Part shown: positions 24,583-33,368 of the stretch, piece after piece | Numbering within the stretch: position 1 is the stretch's first letter | Layout of the letters: the number at the start of each line of letters is the position of its first letter | IMG/VR virus record: IMGVR_UViG_3300047172_000021 | Span: 1 to 37,902 of that record | Strand: one strand, 5' to 3' | Source: a virus | Length of the DNA: 37,902 nucleotides | Position numbers and translations under genes: made by a program | Notes under the pieces: generated by a model | Database searches by the model: none | What the model was told of the DNA's origin: nothing | Seen by the model: only the letters and a program-made list of their open reading frames with translations

Positions 24583-25593
24583 TTATTTTAAAGACTCGTT
24601 CCAAGCCTTAAGTGCCCGCGCTCTTCGATCAAGAGGAGCAATAGCCGTGTCTCGGTTGGTTAAAGTTCGCATCTGATTCGGTTGCGTCTGTGGCTTCAGA
24701 CTTGCCGCTGGGGTTATGCGGCTTTGAATCTTTTTGACGTTTGCAATCTTAAGCGTTTCATTGACAAGATCTTCCTCAACCATGTCACATGCCGTTCTTG
24801 TGTCGATCACCCGCCCAGTTTCTTTGTAGATCCTGTGGATAAGTTTTACGACATCAGGAGAGCTGCCGGTTGCGCGAATCATCTCGTACGTATCGCCCTC
24901 AGCGACTAAACCGTCGGCCTCAAGCCTAATCTCAGAAAGCACTTGTGCTTCTGTTTGTTGATCCCGCTCACTAAAAGTCTTATCAACGCCTTCTTTAAGG
25001 GCTTTGACCTGTGCTTTTAGTTCTTCAAGCTCTGGATTAACTGGATTGGCCATTATAGCTTTGGTCAGGTCGTCATAAGTGACACCCGCTTCTTGCAACA
25101 CGCTCAGAGGATTGGCCTTAAGGCGAGTAAGTACAGTCTCAGATCCACCTTCTGTAGATCCGGCCGCAAGTCTTGCCTCTCGGTCTGCAATCTCCTTCTC
25201 TTTTACTTGGAGGGCGCGCCGCTGTTTGGCAAGCGCTGCAAACTGAGGACTCAAGGGCTGAGTGGCTTCAACAGTCCCGCTTTGAGTATCGTCAATATTA
25301 AGAGGGGCTATGCTTTTATCGTCAACCGGCGCCGCTGGTTCTTCAGCTTCTGCCTCAATAATCCCTCGGTCTGTTGAGAAATTGGTCTTCATTTGAATGC
25401 GTTTTTTGATACGATCGACCTGCTTATCTTCAACGGGAGGCGCTTCTCTGGGCCTAATCGAGAAGGTCTGATCCCCTTTTGCGATAGCTTTGGCTTGGGC
25501 TAGTCGATCGGATGATACTCTATCGTTTCCCGCGACGTTGATGGCTTGGCCTGCGGACGCTCCGCTTGGTTGCGCGATGGGCGATATCTTCAT
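24583..25593 (-). CDS. Scaffolding protein (336 aa, highly charged, helical)
   Basis: ORF track. Lies between the portal and capsid genes. E/K/A/Q-rich coiled-coil-like composition. Confidence 0.55.
   Translation of the reverse strand: MKISPIAQPSGASAGQAINVAGNDRVSSDRLAQAKAIAKGDQTFSIRPREAPPVEDKQVDRIKKRIQMKTNFSTDRGIIEAEAEEPAAPVDDKSIAPLNIDDTQSGTVEATQPLSPQFAALAKQRRALQVKEKEIADREARLAAGSTEGGSETVLTRLKANPLSVLQEAGVTYDDLTKAIMANPVNPELEELKAQVKALKEGVDKTFSERDQQTEAQVLSEIRLEADGLVAEGDTYEMIRATGSSPDVVKLIHRIYKETGRVIDTRTACDMVEEDLVNETLKIANVKKIQSRITPAASLKPQTQPNQMRTLTNRDTAIAPLDRRARALKAWNESLK
25290..25318 (-). promoter_or_regulatory. Conserved 29-nt element, copy f (TAAAAGCATAGCCCCTCTTAATATTGACG), intragenic
   Basis: Read directly. 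Lies inside the scaffold ORF, coding for DDKSIAPLNIDD. Confidence 0.35.
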
Positions 25594-25650
25594 GTTGTCT
25601 GTCCTTTATAGCCATCGATAACTTTCGTGGCTGGTTTCGGGTTGTTGTTT

Positions 25651-27576
25651 TTAAGCCGCAGCAGGTGCTGCGTTTGTGTTTGGAACTAATGGTGATGTCG
25701 CATTTGGTTGTGGGTTTGCCGTGGGTTGTGGCGCTTGAGGCATTGGCGGTGGCGTCATTGCCATTTTGATCGTTTGAACTTGAGCAAAGAAGTCGCGAAG
25801 CATGTCGGCCTTCTTCTCTTCAAGCTTCGCTGCCAAATAGAGATTGATGTATTGAGTGGTGAGCGTGGTTGCCAGGTTCAAATCCATGAAAGGATCTGGC
25901 GGCATGTATTTCCCGCTTTCCACAATGTTATCCAGAATCTGAAAGATGCGCTCTTCGGACGCATTATCGAGCTGTTCGTTTTGCTCTAGGTCCTGCGGTG
26001 TGCGCATGAGCCTTCGGCCTTCTTTTAGGGTGAGCATTCCGGCTTGAACCAATTCAGTAATGGTCTGTATTCGTCCGGCCGGAGTTCTTGGTAGTGAACT
26101 TTCTGTAAAGCATTGGATAACAAAGGGATCTTTTAAGAACTTCATGGCAGGAAGATCGATTTCCTTTGTGCCGTCTTTATTGGGATAAACAGTCTGATAC
26201 TTGCCGTCTCGCTCAGCTATTTCCATTGCTTGATCAGCGATGAGATAAGCGGCATCGACAAAAACATTGTCGTATTTCTTAGATAGGGCCGCAAATCTAT
26301 CAGTTGAGATATCGTCTGCTGATCGGATAGCCGCGCCCGAGTTTAAACCCTCTGGTTTTTGCGAGGTCGCCTGCATGGCCGAGACTCCGCATTGCTGAAA
26401 TCCATATTGAATAAGCTTATCGCGCTCACTGTATAATTCTGGAGCATTACAAGGGGCCACTTCATAGCTTGGCTTTGTCCCTGAATAGGTAACGATTACC
26501 CCTATTTCATTATTATTATGAGCCTTAACGACCTTAGATGACTGATCGATAAAGACCCTTGGAACACCAACAAGCGTAATGGACCTGGCTATCGTATAAA
26601 GGATACGGTTCAAAGTTAATTGCGTGCCAAAAAGCTGAGTCGCAAGGCTTTGGCCCCAAAATCCTAAGAAAGGATCTGAGTAATTCAAGAAAACGAACGG
26701 GTATTTGATCTTATGCCATGGCTCATCAAGGATCACTCCTTGAGTAGTTGCAATGACATGCCTTCCGGGCGTGTAGCCTGGGGCATATCTATCTGGACCT
26801 GATGCTAATTTCCAACCCTCCACAACCATGATTTGATCGGCCGTCGTTCTTCCTGAATCTGGCGCGTTATCAGGGTATGATTGCGGGGTTTCTTTAATGA
26901 TTGAGCCCACTTTTTTAGGGCTGTTGGCCAATAACTTGCCACGGTCCATAAGCTTTAACTGCAGCATCTGCTGAGGATCCGCATTTAGTGAATCGTTCTC
27001 ATCAATGAAAAGGTCTGTAACCATGACTCGGTCTACGCAAACCTTCGCGTTGTCGCCCTCATATATCTTTAAGCACCCGGTCCCCATGACGATACAATCG
27101 CGCAAAGCTTTGATTGCCTTTTCATAGAGCTTTGTTTGGTAAAACTCTCCTAAAATGAACTGGTTAAGCCTTTGAGCAAGGTGCCTTTGTTTATAATCAG
27201 CGTTGTCAGTTAAAAACTTTGGCTGTGGCTGAGCCTGGCCTAATCTGGATACTAGCGTATCCGTGCAAGCTTGGATTAGATTAAAGGTGGGTCTATCGTC
27301 TGGCAGAGTCTTGCTCTTATCCATTTTAGAGACGTTTGAACCAGCATAAGAATAGATTGAGAGGCCTGAATACATTCTTACGCCGACCGCAAGCTGTCGC
27401 ATGCGATATGTTTGATTGGTCTTAAGATAGGAAGCTGTTCCGCAAAGATCGACCGCCATTCTCTCTGGCGTCTCTGAGTTCCACCATTCGGCAAGCATAG
27501 CCATTTCATTAGTGCCAGAGGACTTAGTGATCATTTTAATTCTAGATGGGGACTCTTTGCGTGGACTAACCTTCAT
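25651..27576 (-). CDS. Portal protein (641 aa)
   Basis: ORF track. It is the large ORF between the terminase block and scaffold/capsid. The P/A/Q-rich C-terminal tail is common in portals. Call is by synteny and size. Confidence 0.7.
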   Translation of the reverse strand: MKVSPRKESPSRIKMITKSSGTNEMAMLAEWWNSETPERMAVDLCGTASYLKTNQTYRMRQLAVGVRMYSGLSIYSYAGSNVSKMDKSKTLPDDRPTFNLIQACTDTLVSRLGQAQPQPKFLTDNADYKQRHLAQRLNQFILGEFYQTKLYEKAIKALRDCIVMGTGCLKIYEGDNAKVCVDRVMVTDLFIDENDSLNADPQQMLQLKLMDRGKLLANSPKKVGSIIKETPQSYPDNAPDSGRTTADQIMVVEGWKLASGPDRYAPGYTPGRHVIATTQGVILDEPWHKIKYPFVFLNYSDPFLGFWGQSLATQLFGTQLTLNRILYTIARSITLVGVPRVFIDQSSKVVKAHNNNEIGVIVTYSGTKPSYEVAPCNAPELYSERDKLIQYGFQQCGVSAMQATSQKPEGLNSGAAIRSADDISTDRFAALSKKYDNVFVDAAYLIADQAMEIAERDGKYQTVYPNKDGTKEIDLPAMKFLKDPFVIQCFTESSLPRTPAGRIQTITELVQAGMLTLKEGRRLMRTPQDLEQNEQLDNASEERIFQILDNIVESGKYMPPDPFMDLNLATTLTTQYINLYLAAKLEEKKADMLRDFFAQVQTIKMAMTPPPMPQAPQPTANPQPNATSPLVPNTNAAPAAA

Positions 27577-27838
27577 TTAAAAGCCCTTCTGGCTCTTCGC
27601 CAGGCACTCCGCCTGCACTATAAAAAGCCAATGCTTCTGGACTTAAAATGCCTGATGGGAAATTAGAATAGGGATCCATCGGATCGCCCATGACGACATC
27701 TTCCTGAATTCTCTGACCGGCCTCAGTTGGAAGATCACCAAGCTTGCAAGAAAAGCCCGAAAGAGTGAACTCAGTCACTCCCTGGCGTCTGCATATCTTT
27801 AGTAATTTTTCGAGGTCCTTAAAGTCCTTGATATCCAT
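27566..27838 (-). CDS. Hypothetical protein (90 aa)
   Basis: ORF track. The 3' end overlaps the portal start by 11 nt. Confidence 0.5.
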   Translation of the reverse strand: MDIKDFKDLEKLLKICRRQGVTEFTLSGFSCKLGDLPTEAGQRIQEDVVMGDPMDPYSNFPSGILSPEALAFYSAGGVPGEEPEGLLNEG

Positions 27839-27841
27839 TCG

Positions 27842-28549
27842 TTACCGAATCTTTGGAAGACGATCTTTAAGTTTCTGAGAGCGCATGATTCTAGAAACAA
27901 TATCTTTGCGGTCCTCATCTTCTTGATGATCGCCTAATGAGTCGCCATTGTTGGCGCCATCACTTTTAGATTCCATATGGTCATCTAAAGCCAGGTCATC
28001 AAACTCATTTGGCTTGCCATCGGCAAGCATGTCGAGTTCATCTTCGCCGCTATTGGCAACCATTCCGCCTTCGGAATAGCCATGCTTTTTCATGATGCGA
28101 GAGAGCATATTGTCAGAGTAGCCTGATGCTTCTTCCTCGTCTACATAGCCGCCATCTGCCATTTTATTGCCACCAAATGTGGCCCCGTTCCCATCATCGC
28201 CATAAAAGGCTTTCCTTTTTTTCTCATGTTCCTTGGCAAGCTCAGTATTCCCTGCAAAACCACCCTTAGCTGGCATTTTAATTGCCTTTAATTTTCTTGC
28301 CATATCTGGATTCATTTTAGCCTCTGGGGCCAAATTAGGATCAACGGAACCACCCTCAGCAAAAGCCTTCATGGCCCGTTCTTTCTTAGTCATGGGCGCT
28401 TCATCCATGGACTCAGCTTCTTTTAATGGAGGGCAGTGAATAGCGCATTCAGGGTTATCCCCTTCGGCCTCATCACAACAGCAATGTTCAACACTGCCGC
28501 CTTTGGCCATTTTCTTTTTCATCGCATGAGCAATTGCAAATTTAGACAT
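27842..28549 (-). CDS. Highly charged protein with five A/S-x-GG-x-V motifs and a Cys/His cluster (235 aa)
   Basis: ORF track. Motifs: MAKGGSV, FAEGGSV, PAKGGFA, MADGGYV, YSEGGMV. Cys cluster: HCCCDEAEGDNPECAIHC. Confidence 0.5.
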   Translation of the reverse strand: MSKFAIAHAMKKKMAKGGSVEHCCCDEAEGDNPECAIHCPPLKEAESMDEAPMTKKERAMKAFAEGGSVDPNLAPEAKMNPDMARKLKAIKMPAKGGFAGNTELAKEHEKKRKAFYGDDGNGATFGGNKMADGGYVDEEEASGYSDNMLSRIMKKHGYSEGGMVANSGEDELDMLADGKPNEFDDLALDDHMESKSDGANNGDSLGDHQEDEDRKDIVSRIMRSQKLKDRLPKIR

Positions 28550-28552
28550 TTG

Positions 28553-28873
28553 TTATCCTATCGCTATTGTTGCTTTGATGACGTTGAGCATAGAGGTATC
28601 AACAGAATTGGCAGAGCTAAGAGCTATCGTCAGAGTATCGCCAGCCGTTGCATTGACTGTCGTTCGTGCACCCATGGCGCCGGCTGGACCCGTATAGATA
28701 ACCGTTGAATTCTGAGTAAGCGTCACAACCACAGATGAGTTGGCCGTTGAGCCTTCATCTATTGTTGGAACAGTCAGCTTGATATCAACCAGGTAGACCC
28801 CAGTCGTTGCAAAGGCTGTCGTGATTGAAGTAAGGCCCGTGATGACTAGATTTTGAGGTGTAGTAGATGCCAT
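28553..28873 (-). CDS. Small beta-rich protein, paralogue B (106 aa)
   Basis: ORF track. Aligns by eye with the neighbouring 110-aa protein (VTLTQNSTVIYTGP / VVQQNGSTVYTAP; DTLTIALSSANSVDTSMLNVIKATIAI / DVITVVYSSGAAIDSLLNSVKTNVSI). Confidence 0.5.
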   Translation of the reverse strand: MASTTPQNLVITGLTSITTAFATTGVYLVDIKLTVPTIDEGSTANSSVVVTLTQNSTVIYTGPAGAMGARTTVNATAGDTLTIALSSANSVDTSMLNVIKATIAIG

Positions 28874-29206
28874 TTAAGCTCCTTGGATAATGCTAACGTT
28901 GGTTTTTACTGAATTGAGAAGGCTATCGATTGCAGCACCGGACGAATACACAACTGTGATCACGTCATTGACTGCCGCTATGAATGAGAACTGAAAACTT
29001 ATTCCTAATTGCGTGGGACTTAAGACTGGCGCCGTGTAAACAGTCGATCCGTTTTGCTGAACGACAATGGCAAGACCCGACGGAGTCATGACAGACGATT
29101 CATTCTGAATTCTCACGAAGCCAGCTGTCGTCACCGTATAGGTCAAAGTGCCAAGACCATTTAGTATGTAGTTTTGATTAAGAACTAGTGTTGCGATTGT
29201 TGCCAT
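28874..29206 (-). CDS. Small beta-rich protein, paralogue A (110 aa)
   Basis: ORF track. Tandem paralogue of 28553..28873. Confidence 0.5.
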   Translation of the reverse strand: MATIATLVLNQNYILNGLGTLTYTVTTAGFVRIQNESSVMTPSGLAIVVQQNGSTVYTAPVLSPTQLGISFQFSFIAAVNDVITVVYSSGAAIDSLLNSVKTNVSIIQGA

Positions 29207-29449
29207 TTATTCACCCATTTCATTTGTGTGAGGACCTTCGGAGTGAGGCTCGGAATCAATAAGCTCAGACCCAGCTCGCCAAGCCGCTGCTATTGCTTTG
29301 AAATCTTTTTTTTGAATGGCGTGATAGAGGTCCTCGGCCGCTGCCTCTAAAGAATCATATTCCTCTGAACCTTCGTCCGGTTCTCTCTTGATGGTATCTG
29401 CTGGCAGGGAAACCGACGCGTCTTTGGTTTTCTTCAAGAAAGGAAGCAT
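29207..29449 (-). CDS. Small acidic protein (80 aa)
   Basis: ORF track 29207..29455 starts at GTG. The ATG at 29447-29449 has GAGGTGG 2 nt upstream (GAGG 5 nt before the ATG). Asp/Glu-rich. Confidence 0.5.
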   Translation of the reverse strand: MLPFLKKTKDASVSLPADTIKREPDEGSEEYDSLEAAAEDLYHAIQKKDFKAIAAAWRAGSELIDSEPHSEGPHTNEMGE

Positions 29450-29454
29450 TTCCA

Positions 29455-29483
29455 CCTCAATATTGAGGAAAACTATGCTTTTA
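29455..29483 (-). promoter_or_regulatory. Conserved 29-nt element, copy a (TAAAAGCATAGTTTTCCTCAATATTGAGG)
   Basis: Read directly in the 32-nt gap after the terminase stop. Block 2 forms the perfect palindrome CCTCAATATTGAGG, whose GAGG is the SD of the next gene. Confidence 0.45.
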
Positions 29484-29487
29484 TTGG

Positions 29488-30957
29488 CTAAAACATCCCA
29501 GAATCACTACTCCAACCAGAGCCATCATCCTCTGGCCAATTCTTAGATAAGTTCTCAATCAAGCGCTCGCGCTCTCTCTCCCAAATGCCGTCCGATTGCT
29601 TTTGATACCAGCCAGGCGACCCAACCGCTGGGAAGATTTCTTTAGGCGCCGAATGGTAATGATACGAATTCCGCCAATTATAAAGCATGGCATCTGTTCT
29701 GTGGTTTGGGAGAGATGGATGCTCTTTCTTTGGAATGGAGATTCTGTCTCCATCTGTCTTCCAAACGAGAGTGGTCAGCTCATTTATTAAGCCGACACAC
29801 CTCTCATGGATTTTGATCTTCCCTTGAATGAAGTCAGCGTTCATCATCTCAATGAAATCCACCTTGCCGTTTTTATCAGCATATTCGAATGGAATATTAG
29901 ATCTTTGCCTCATGGACTCCACGCCCTGCTTATTCGCGCCATCGATGATAATCCTAGAAGGAGATAAGAACGGGTGGGCCAGGTATTGATTAATCTTATC
30001 GGTCACCTGATCAAAGGTCATTTTAGGCTTAGCGAAGTCGTCAAAGATATAGAGATTCATGTCGTTCTCATGGAACATCGAATGAATGAACGCGTTATCA
30101 TCTTCCCATCCAGTGTCCACGCCTAATGTATAGGTCCAGCCATTGGGCGAGAGTCCTTTTGGGGGCTCTTTATAAAGGTTGCGGTCTGGGTTGAACTTAT
30201 AGACAAGCTTATCTTCTTCAATCGCCCATTGACCCAGATACATCTGCTTAAACATTGGAAGTTCTGTGATGTATGGCTGATTGGCCATAAGCTCTGCTAT
30301 TTCTTTAGCCCATTTGTCTTTCATATAAGGATTGTCAGCAGTGTTGGCTTTAACTAAATGCCAGCCGGGCTCTATTCCTGTTGTGATATCAAAGAATAGG
30401 CCACGGCAATAGTTCGATGGTGTTCCTATCATGCATATAGTTCCACCAAGATCGGCCATAGCTGGCTTTAGAATACCAAAGACCAGCTCTCGCATGTTGA
30501 TTGTAAAGGATGCGGCCTCATCGATAATAGCGACTTTAAACTTACGCCCTAGGATCTTGTTCTTATCGTCCTCTGATGAATCTGCGCCCATGAGATAGAT
30601 CACTGAGCCGTTCGGAAGGGTTGCGGTTAAGAGCGTCTCATTGAACTTCATATGAAGCTTATACTTTTGGTTTAGGACCTTTAGGATGTCCTTCCACATG
30701 ATACCTTTGGCTGAATCTCTCGTGAGCGCCACATAGAGGCAGCTTGTTCCTGGATGCTCTAATGCTTCCTTAATGAGATAGAGTCCTGCCGTATAGGATT
30801 TGCCGAAGCGTCTTGTGGCAAATAACGCTTTGAATTTAGCGGGATGGAGGATGAATTCAGTTTGAAGCGGGAAGTCTTTATCTAGCAGGTCTATGCCTTT
30901 TATCTCGCTATGAGATTTTGCAAGCCTTCTAGCTAAGATCCTTGCTGCGACATTCAT
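29488..30957 (-). CDS. terL: Terminase large subunit
   Basis: 489 aa. Walker A-like ATRRFGKSYT. Walker B-like KVAIIDEAASF. The C-terminal nuclease-like region has GVDTGWEDD. ATGA overlap with the MTase stop. Confidence 0.9.
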   Translation of the reverse strand: MNVAARILARRLAKSHSEIKGIDLLDKDFPLQTEFILHPAKFKALFATRRFGKSYTAGLYLIKEALEHPGTSCLYVALTRDSAKGIMWKDILKVLNQKYKLHMKFNETLLTATLPNGSVIYLMGADSSEDDKNKILGRKFKVAIIDEAASFTINMRELVFGILKPAMADLGGTICMIGTPSNYCRGLFFDITTGIEPGWHLVKANTADNPYMKDKWAKEIAELMANQPYITELPMFKQMYLGQWAIEEDKLVYKFNPDRNLYKEPPKGLSPNGWTYTLGVDTGWEDDNAFIHSMFHENDMNLYIFDDFAKPKMTFDQVTDKINQYLAHPFLSPSRIIIDGANKQGVESMRQRSNIPFEYADKNGKVDFIEMMNADFIQGKIKIHERCVGLINELTTLVWKTDGDRISIPKKEHPSLPNHRTDAMLYNWRNSYHYHSAPKEIFPAVGSPGWYQKQSDGIWERERERLIENLSKNWPEDDGSGWSSDSGMF

Positions 30958-32705
30958 TCAAGCCTTTTGCGCGCAATCTCCGCATATTCTGGGTTCATCT
31001 CAATGCCTATAAAAGCAAATCCTAGGCTCTTAGCTGCAACTCCCGTTGACCCAGATCCCATAAATGGATCAAGCACCGTTCCGTTTGGAGGCGTCACCAT
31101 CTTGATTAAGTATTCCATGAGCTTGATGGGCTTGACTGTAGGATGGAAATTCTCGTCAAAGGCTGGCGCACGAGCTAGTCCTTCACCAATTCCTGCATTG
31201 TGACGGCGCACAGCCCTCTTTGGCGTACCCTCACATCCACTATTCTTCTCAGATTTACTCGCCTTTGAGCAATAAAAGAATCGTGAGGCGCCGCCGGAGT
31301 CGCTATGTCCGCTTGAAGTTGCAGCGTGCCTTTTGAGAGAGCCAAACATGGCAACACTTTCTGAATCTTTGTTATTCCTAATTGCAGCCGATGATTTAGT
31401 AAATCCAATCTGCTCATCCAACATCGCCGCCGCTTCCTCGTCGAAGATGACGTTTGCAGGCCAGCGGCCTTGAGACGTCATCTCTCCGCTGTTGGTTTTT
31501 CCCGTTGATGTTCCAGACATAGAATTAGATCTGACAATTGTCTTCGTCCGAATCATCTTAGGGCGTTCCTCGCTACCAATCCGACTCGCATCCACATTGA
31601 TAGCACCCGTGCCATACTTCTGCACGTTTTGCGCAACGGTTAGGCCCTTCTCGAGAGGCTTGCGAGCTAAACAGATAGGTTCAACGTTTGGGGATAAGGC
31701 TATGGCCTTCGATGTAGCAGGCTCGTGAACAGAAGGTGTTTGGATGAAGTTTAATTTCTGTTCGAGAGCGCTCAAAAGACTTCCGACAGGTGAGGCACTC
31801 AACGGTTTTCCAAGCCCATCGTTTTGGAGCGTGTTCGGAGGCGTGCGCTTCAACAGACAAGACTTCAAGATTTTCAAGTCGGTTGTCAGACTTGATTCCA
31901 TTTCGGTGGTGAACGTGTTCGCGAGTTGCGAGGTCTCTTCCAAGATGTCGAGCCATGATAACTCGATGTTCAAGTTGGAATGCTTCTCCGATTCGGATCG
32001 CAACGTAACCATCGCTTCGGACAAAACGTCCGGTGTAAGCGTGATTTTTCCGGCAATCCATTGAGCAGTATTTAACTCCGTGCCGAACGCGCTTTGGTTT
32101 GACGCTGAATGATTTTTCGCAATTAACGCAAACAATAGTGATTGGCATTCACGAACCAAATTATCTATCAAAACCGCGCCAGTCAATGGTTTGGTGGCGA
32201 GGCAAATAATTTCCGCGGCTGGTTTTAAAGAAGTGCCCCAGCCTTGCCATTGTTTTGCGGCGTCGGTTGAAGGTACGGTTTCGAAATACTGACGGGCTGT
32301 AGTTTTTTTTTCTGATTGAAACGCTCTAGAATTAGAGCCTGCCCTGTTTGCATTACCAACAATCTCACGCTCAGCGCCCGCCGCCTTATCAATCGCTTTT
32401 GAGACATCCATAGACTTCGGAAACCCAGACCCATAAAGCCACATGATTTGGTCTCTGATTTCAAAGCCTGCATCTTCAATATTCACAGCCAAGCGGTGAT
32501 AAGTGCGAGTGCCGCCGAACGCGAGCAAATGACCGCCAGGTTTTAATACCCGTAAAGCCTCTCGCCATATTTCAACCGAAGGAACATCGCAATCCCACTT
32601 CTTTCCCATGAAGGAAAGGCCATAAGGAGGGTCCGTAACGATGGCCTCAACTGAGTTATCTTTTAATTCTTTCATCTGTTCTAGGCAGTCACCGATCATT
32701 ATCAT
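30954..32705 (-). CDS. DNA methyltransferase (beta-class N6A/N4C type, DPPY then FxGxG) carrying a ~177-aa internal insertion
   Basis: 583-aa uninterrupted ORF. Motif IV is IVTDPPYG at aa 22-29. Motif I is LDPFMGSGSTGVAA near the C-terminus. Also GTGAINVDASRIG, GRWPANVIFD and HPTVKPIKLMEYLI. The segment KPxxExICLAxKPL occurs twice (aa 161-174 and 338-351). Confidence 0.85.
   Translation of the reverse strand: MIMIGDCLEQMKELKDNSVEAIVTDPPYGLSFMGKKWDCDVPSVEIWREALRVLKPGGHLLAFGGTRTYHRLAVNIEDAGFEIRDQIMWLYGSGFPKSMDVSKAIDKAAGAEREIVGNANRAGSNSRAFQSEKKTTARQYFETVPSTDAAKQWQGWGTSLKPAAEIICLATKPLTGAVLIDNLVRECQSLLFALIAKNHSASNQSAFGTELNTAQWIAGKITLTPDVLSEAMVTLRSESEKHSNLNIELSWLDILEETSQLANTFTTEMESSLTTDLKILKSCLLKRTPPNTLQNDGLGKPLSASPVGSLLSALEQKLNFIQTPSVHEPATSKAIALSPNVEPICLARKPLEKGLTVAQNVQKYGTGAINVDASRIGSEERPKMIRTKTIVRSNSMSGTSTGKTNSGEMTSQGRWPANVIFDEEAAAMLDEQIGFTKSSAAIRNNKDSESVAMFGSLKRHAATSSGHSDSGGASRFFYCSKASKSEKNSGCEGTPKRAVRRHNAGIGEGLARAPAFDENFHPTVKPIKLMEYLIKMVTPPNGTVLDPFMGSGSTGVAAKSLGFAFIGIEMNPEYAEIARKRLE
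31681..32148 (-). CDS. HNH homing-type endonuclease (155 aa) nested in a different frame within the methyltransferase ORF
   Basis: ORF track. HNH core is EHRVIMARHLGRDLATREHVHHRNGIKSDNRLENLEVLSVEAHASEH. It is flanked by two zinc-knuckle-like units (CVNCEKSF...YCSMDC and CLTCRKSF...FCSRAC). Frame offset is 1 relative to the MTase. Confidence 0.8.
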   Translation of the reverse strand: MPITIVCVNCEKSFSVKPKRVRHGVKYCSMDCRKNHAYTGRFVRSDGYVAIRIGEAFQLEHRVIMARHLGRDLATREHVHHRNGIKSDNRLENLEVLSVEAHASEHAPKRWAWKTVECLTCRKSFERSRTEIKLHPNTFCSRACYIEGHSLIPKR

Positions 32706-32995
32706 TCGTCCTCAACTTCCTTAGCGCGCTCTTTTAGTTCATCGTCTGTGAGAGATTCCATTTCGATCTCCTCTTGGCGGATTAGTGTTGGCATCATCTT
32801 TATGCAATCCACGAGGGCTTTGATGTCATCCTTGCTCATCTGTTTATTGTAGGATCGATCGAGAAGCTCATCTGCTGTGCGGTTTAAAGTGTTTATAAGC
32901 TTCTTATGTAATTGACTCAAATTAACCTGTTTTAAGGATCGCGCCGCTCTAGAGCGTTTTTCATTTAAGGCTTTTTGAGTCGTTTTATCTGACAT
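32702..32995 (-). CDS. Hypothetical protein (97 aa; small-terminase position is possible but unsupported)
   Basis: ORF track. ATGA overlap with the MTase start. Charged and helical. Confidence 0.45.
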   Translation of the reverse strand: MSDKTTQKALNEKRSRAARSLKQVNLSQLHKKLINTLNRTADELLDRSYNKQMSKDDIKALVDCIKMMPTLIRQEEIEMESLTDDELKERAKEVEDE

Positions 32996-32996
32996 C

Positions 32997-33368
32997 CTAG
33001 AACTTCCTAGGTGACGTTCTGCCCGGTTCTGGTTTTCCTGATGCCGCTATCTGAATGGCTTGCTGTCTTGCTTGTAGTGCTGCTTGAGCAATCGGGCTTA
33101 CAACAACTGGTGCCATGGTCTGATCTTGAGGTGATGACTGCTGATTGCGCATTAGATCTGCTAGCTGAGCTTTTCCCATGCCTGGGTTTGCATCGATCAC
33201 TTCTTGAGGGATTGAGACCTGTGCAGATTTAGGTATTGGCCTTTGAATAGGGGCTGGCTGTAGATTCAGCTCCACTTCCTTGATTCTCTCAGCAATCAGC
33301 TTTTTAAGCTCTAATGGAGTGATGTCATTAAGCAACAGGTCTAGTAAGAATGATAATTCAGTCTTCAT
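32997..33368 (-). CDS. Hypothetical protein (123 aa)
   Basis: ORF track. In-operon spacing. Confidence 0.5.
   Translation of the reverse strand: MKTELSFLLDLLLNDITPLELKKLIAERIKEVELNLQPAPIQRPIPKSAQVSIPQEVIDANPGMGKAQLADLMRNQQSSPQDQTMAPVVVSPIAQAALQARQQAIQIAASGKPEPGRTSPRKF

Noticed and set aside
31744-32064. 106-aa plus-strand ORF antisense to the HNH gene, and the other MTase-internal ORFs (31175..31417, 32225..32479, 30967..31203, 31492..31728)
   Set aside because: They have no SD or start context and no recognisable motifs, and they overlap two better-supported genes. They are most likely open by chance or composition.
31623-32225. Group I intron or intein as the explanation for the HNH inside the methyltransferase
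   Set aside because: The whole insert is about 531 nt, of which 468 nt are the HNH ORF, leaving no space for an intron catalytic core. I saw no P/Q/R/S-like core sequences. The HNH ORF is out of frame with the MTase, so it cannot be an intein. The possibility of splicing is still listed as something to test.
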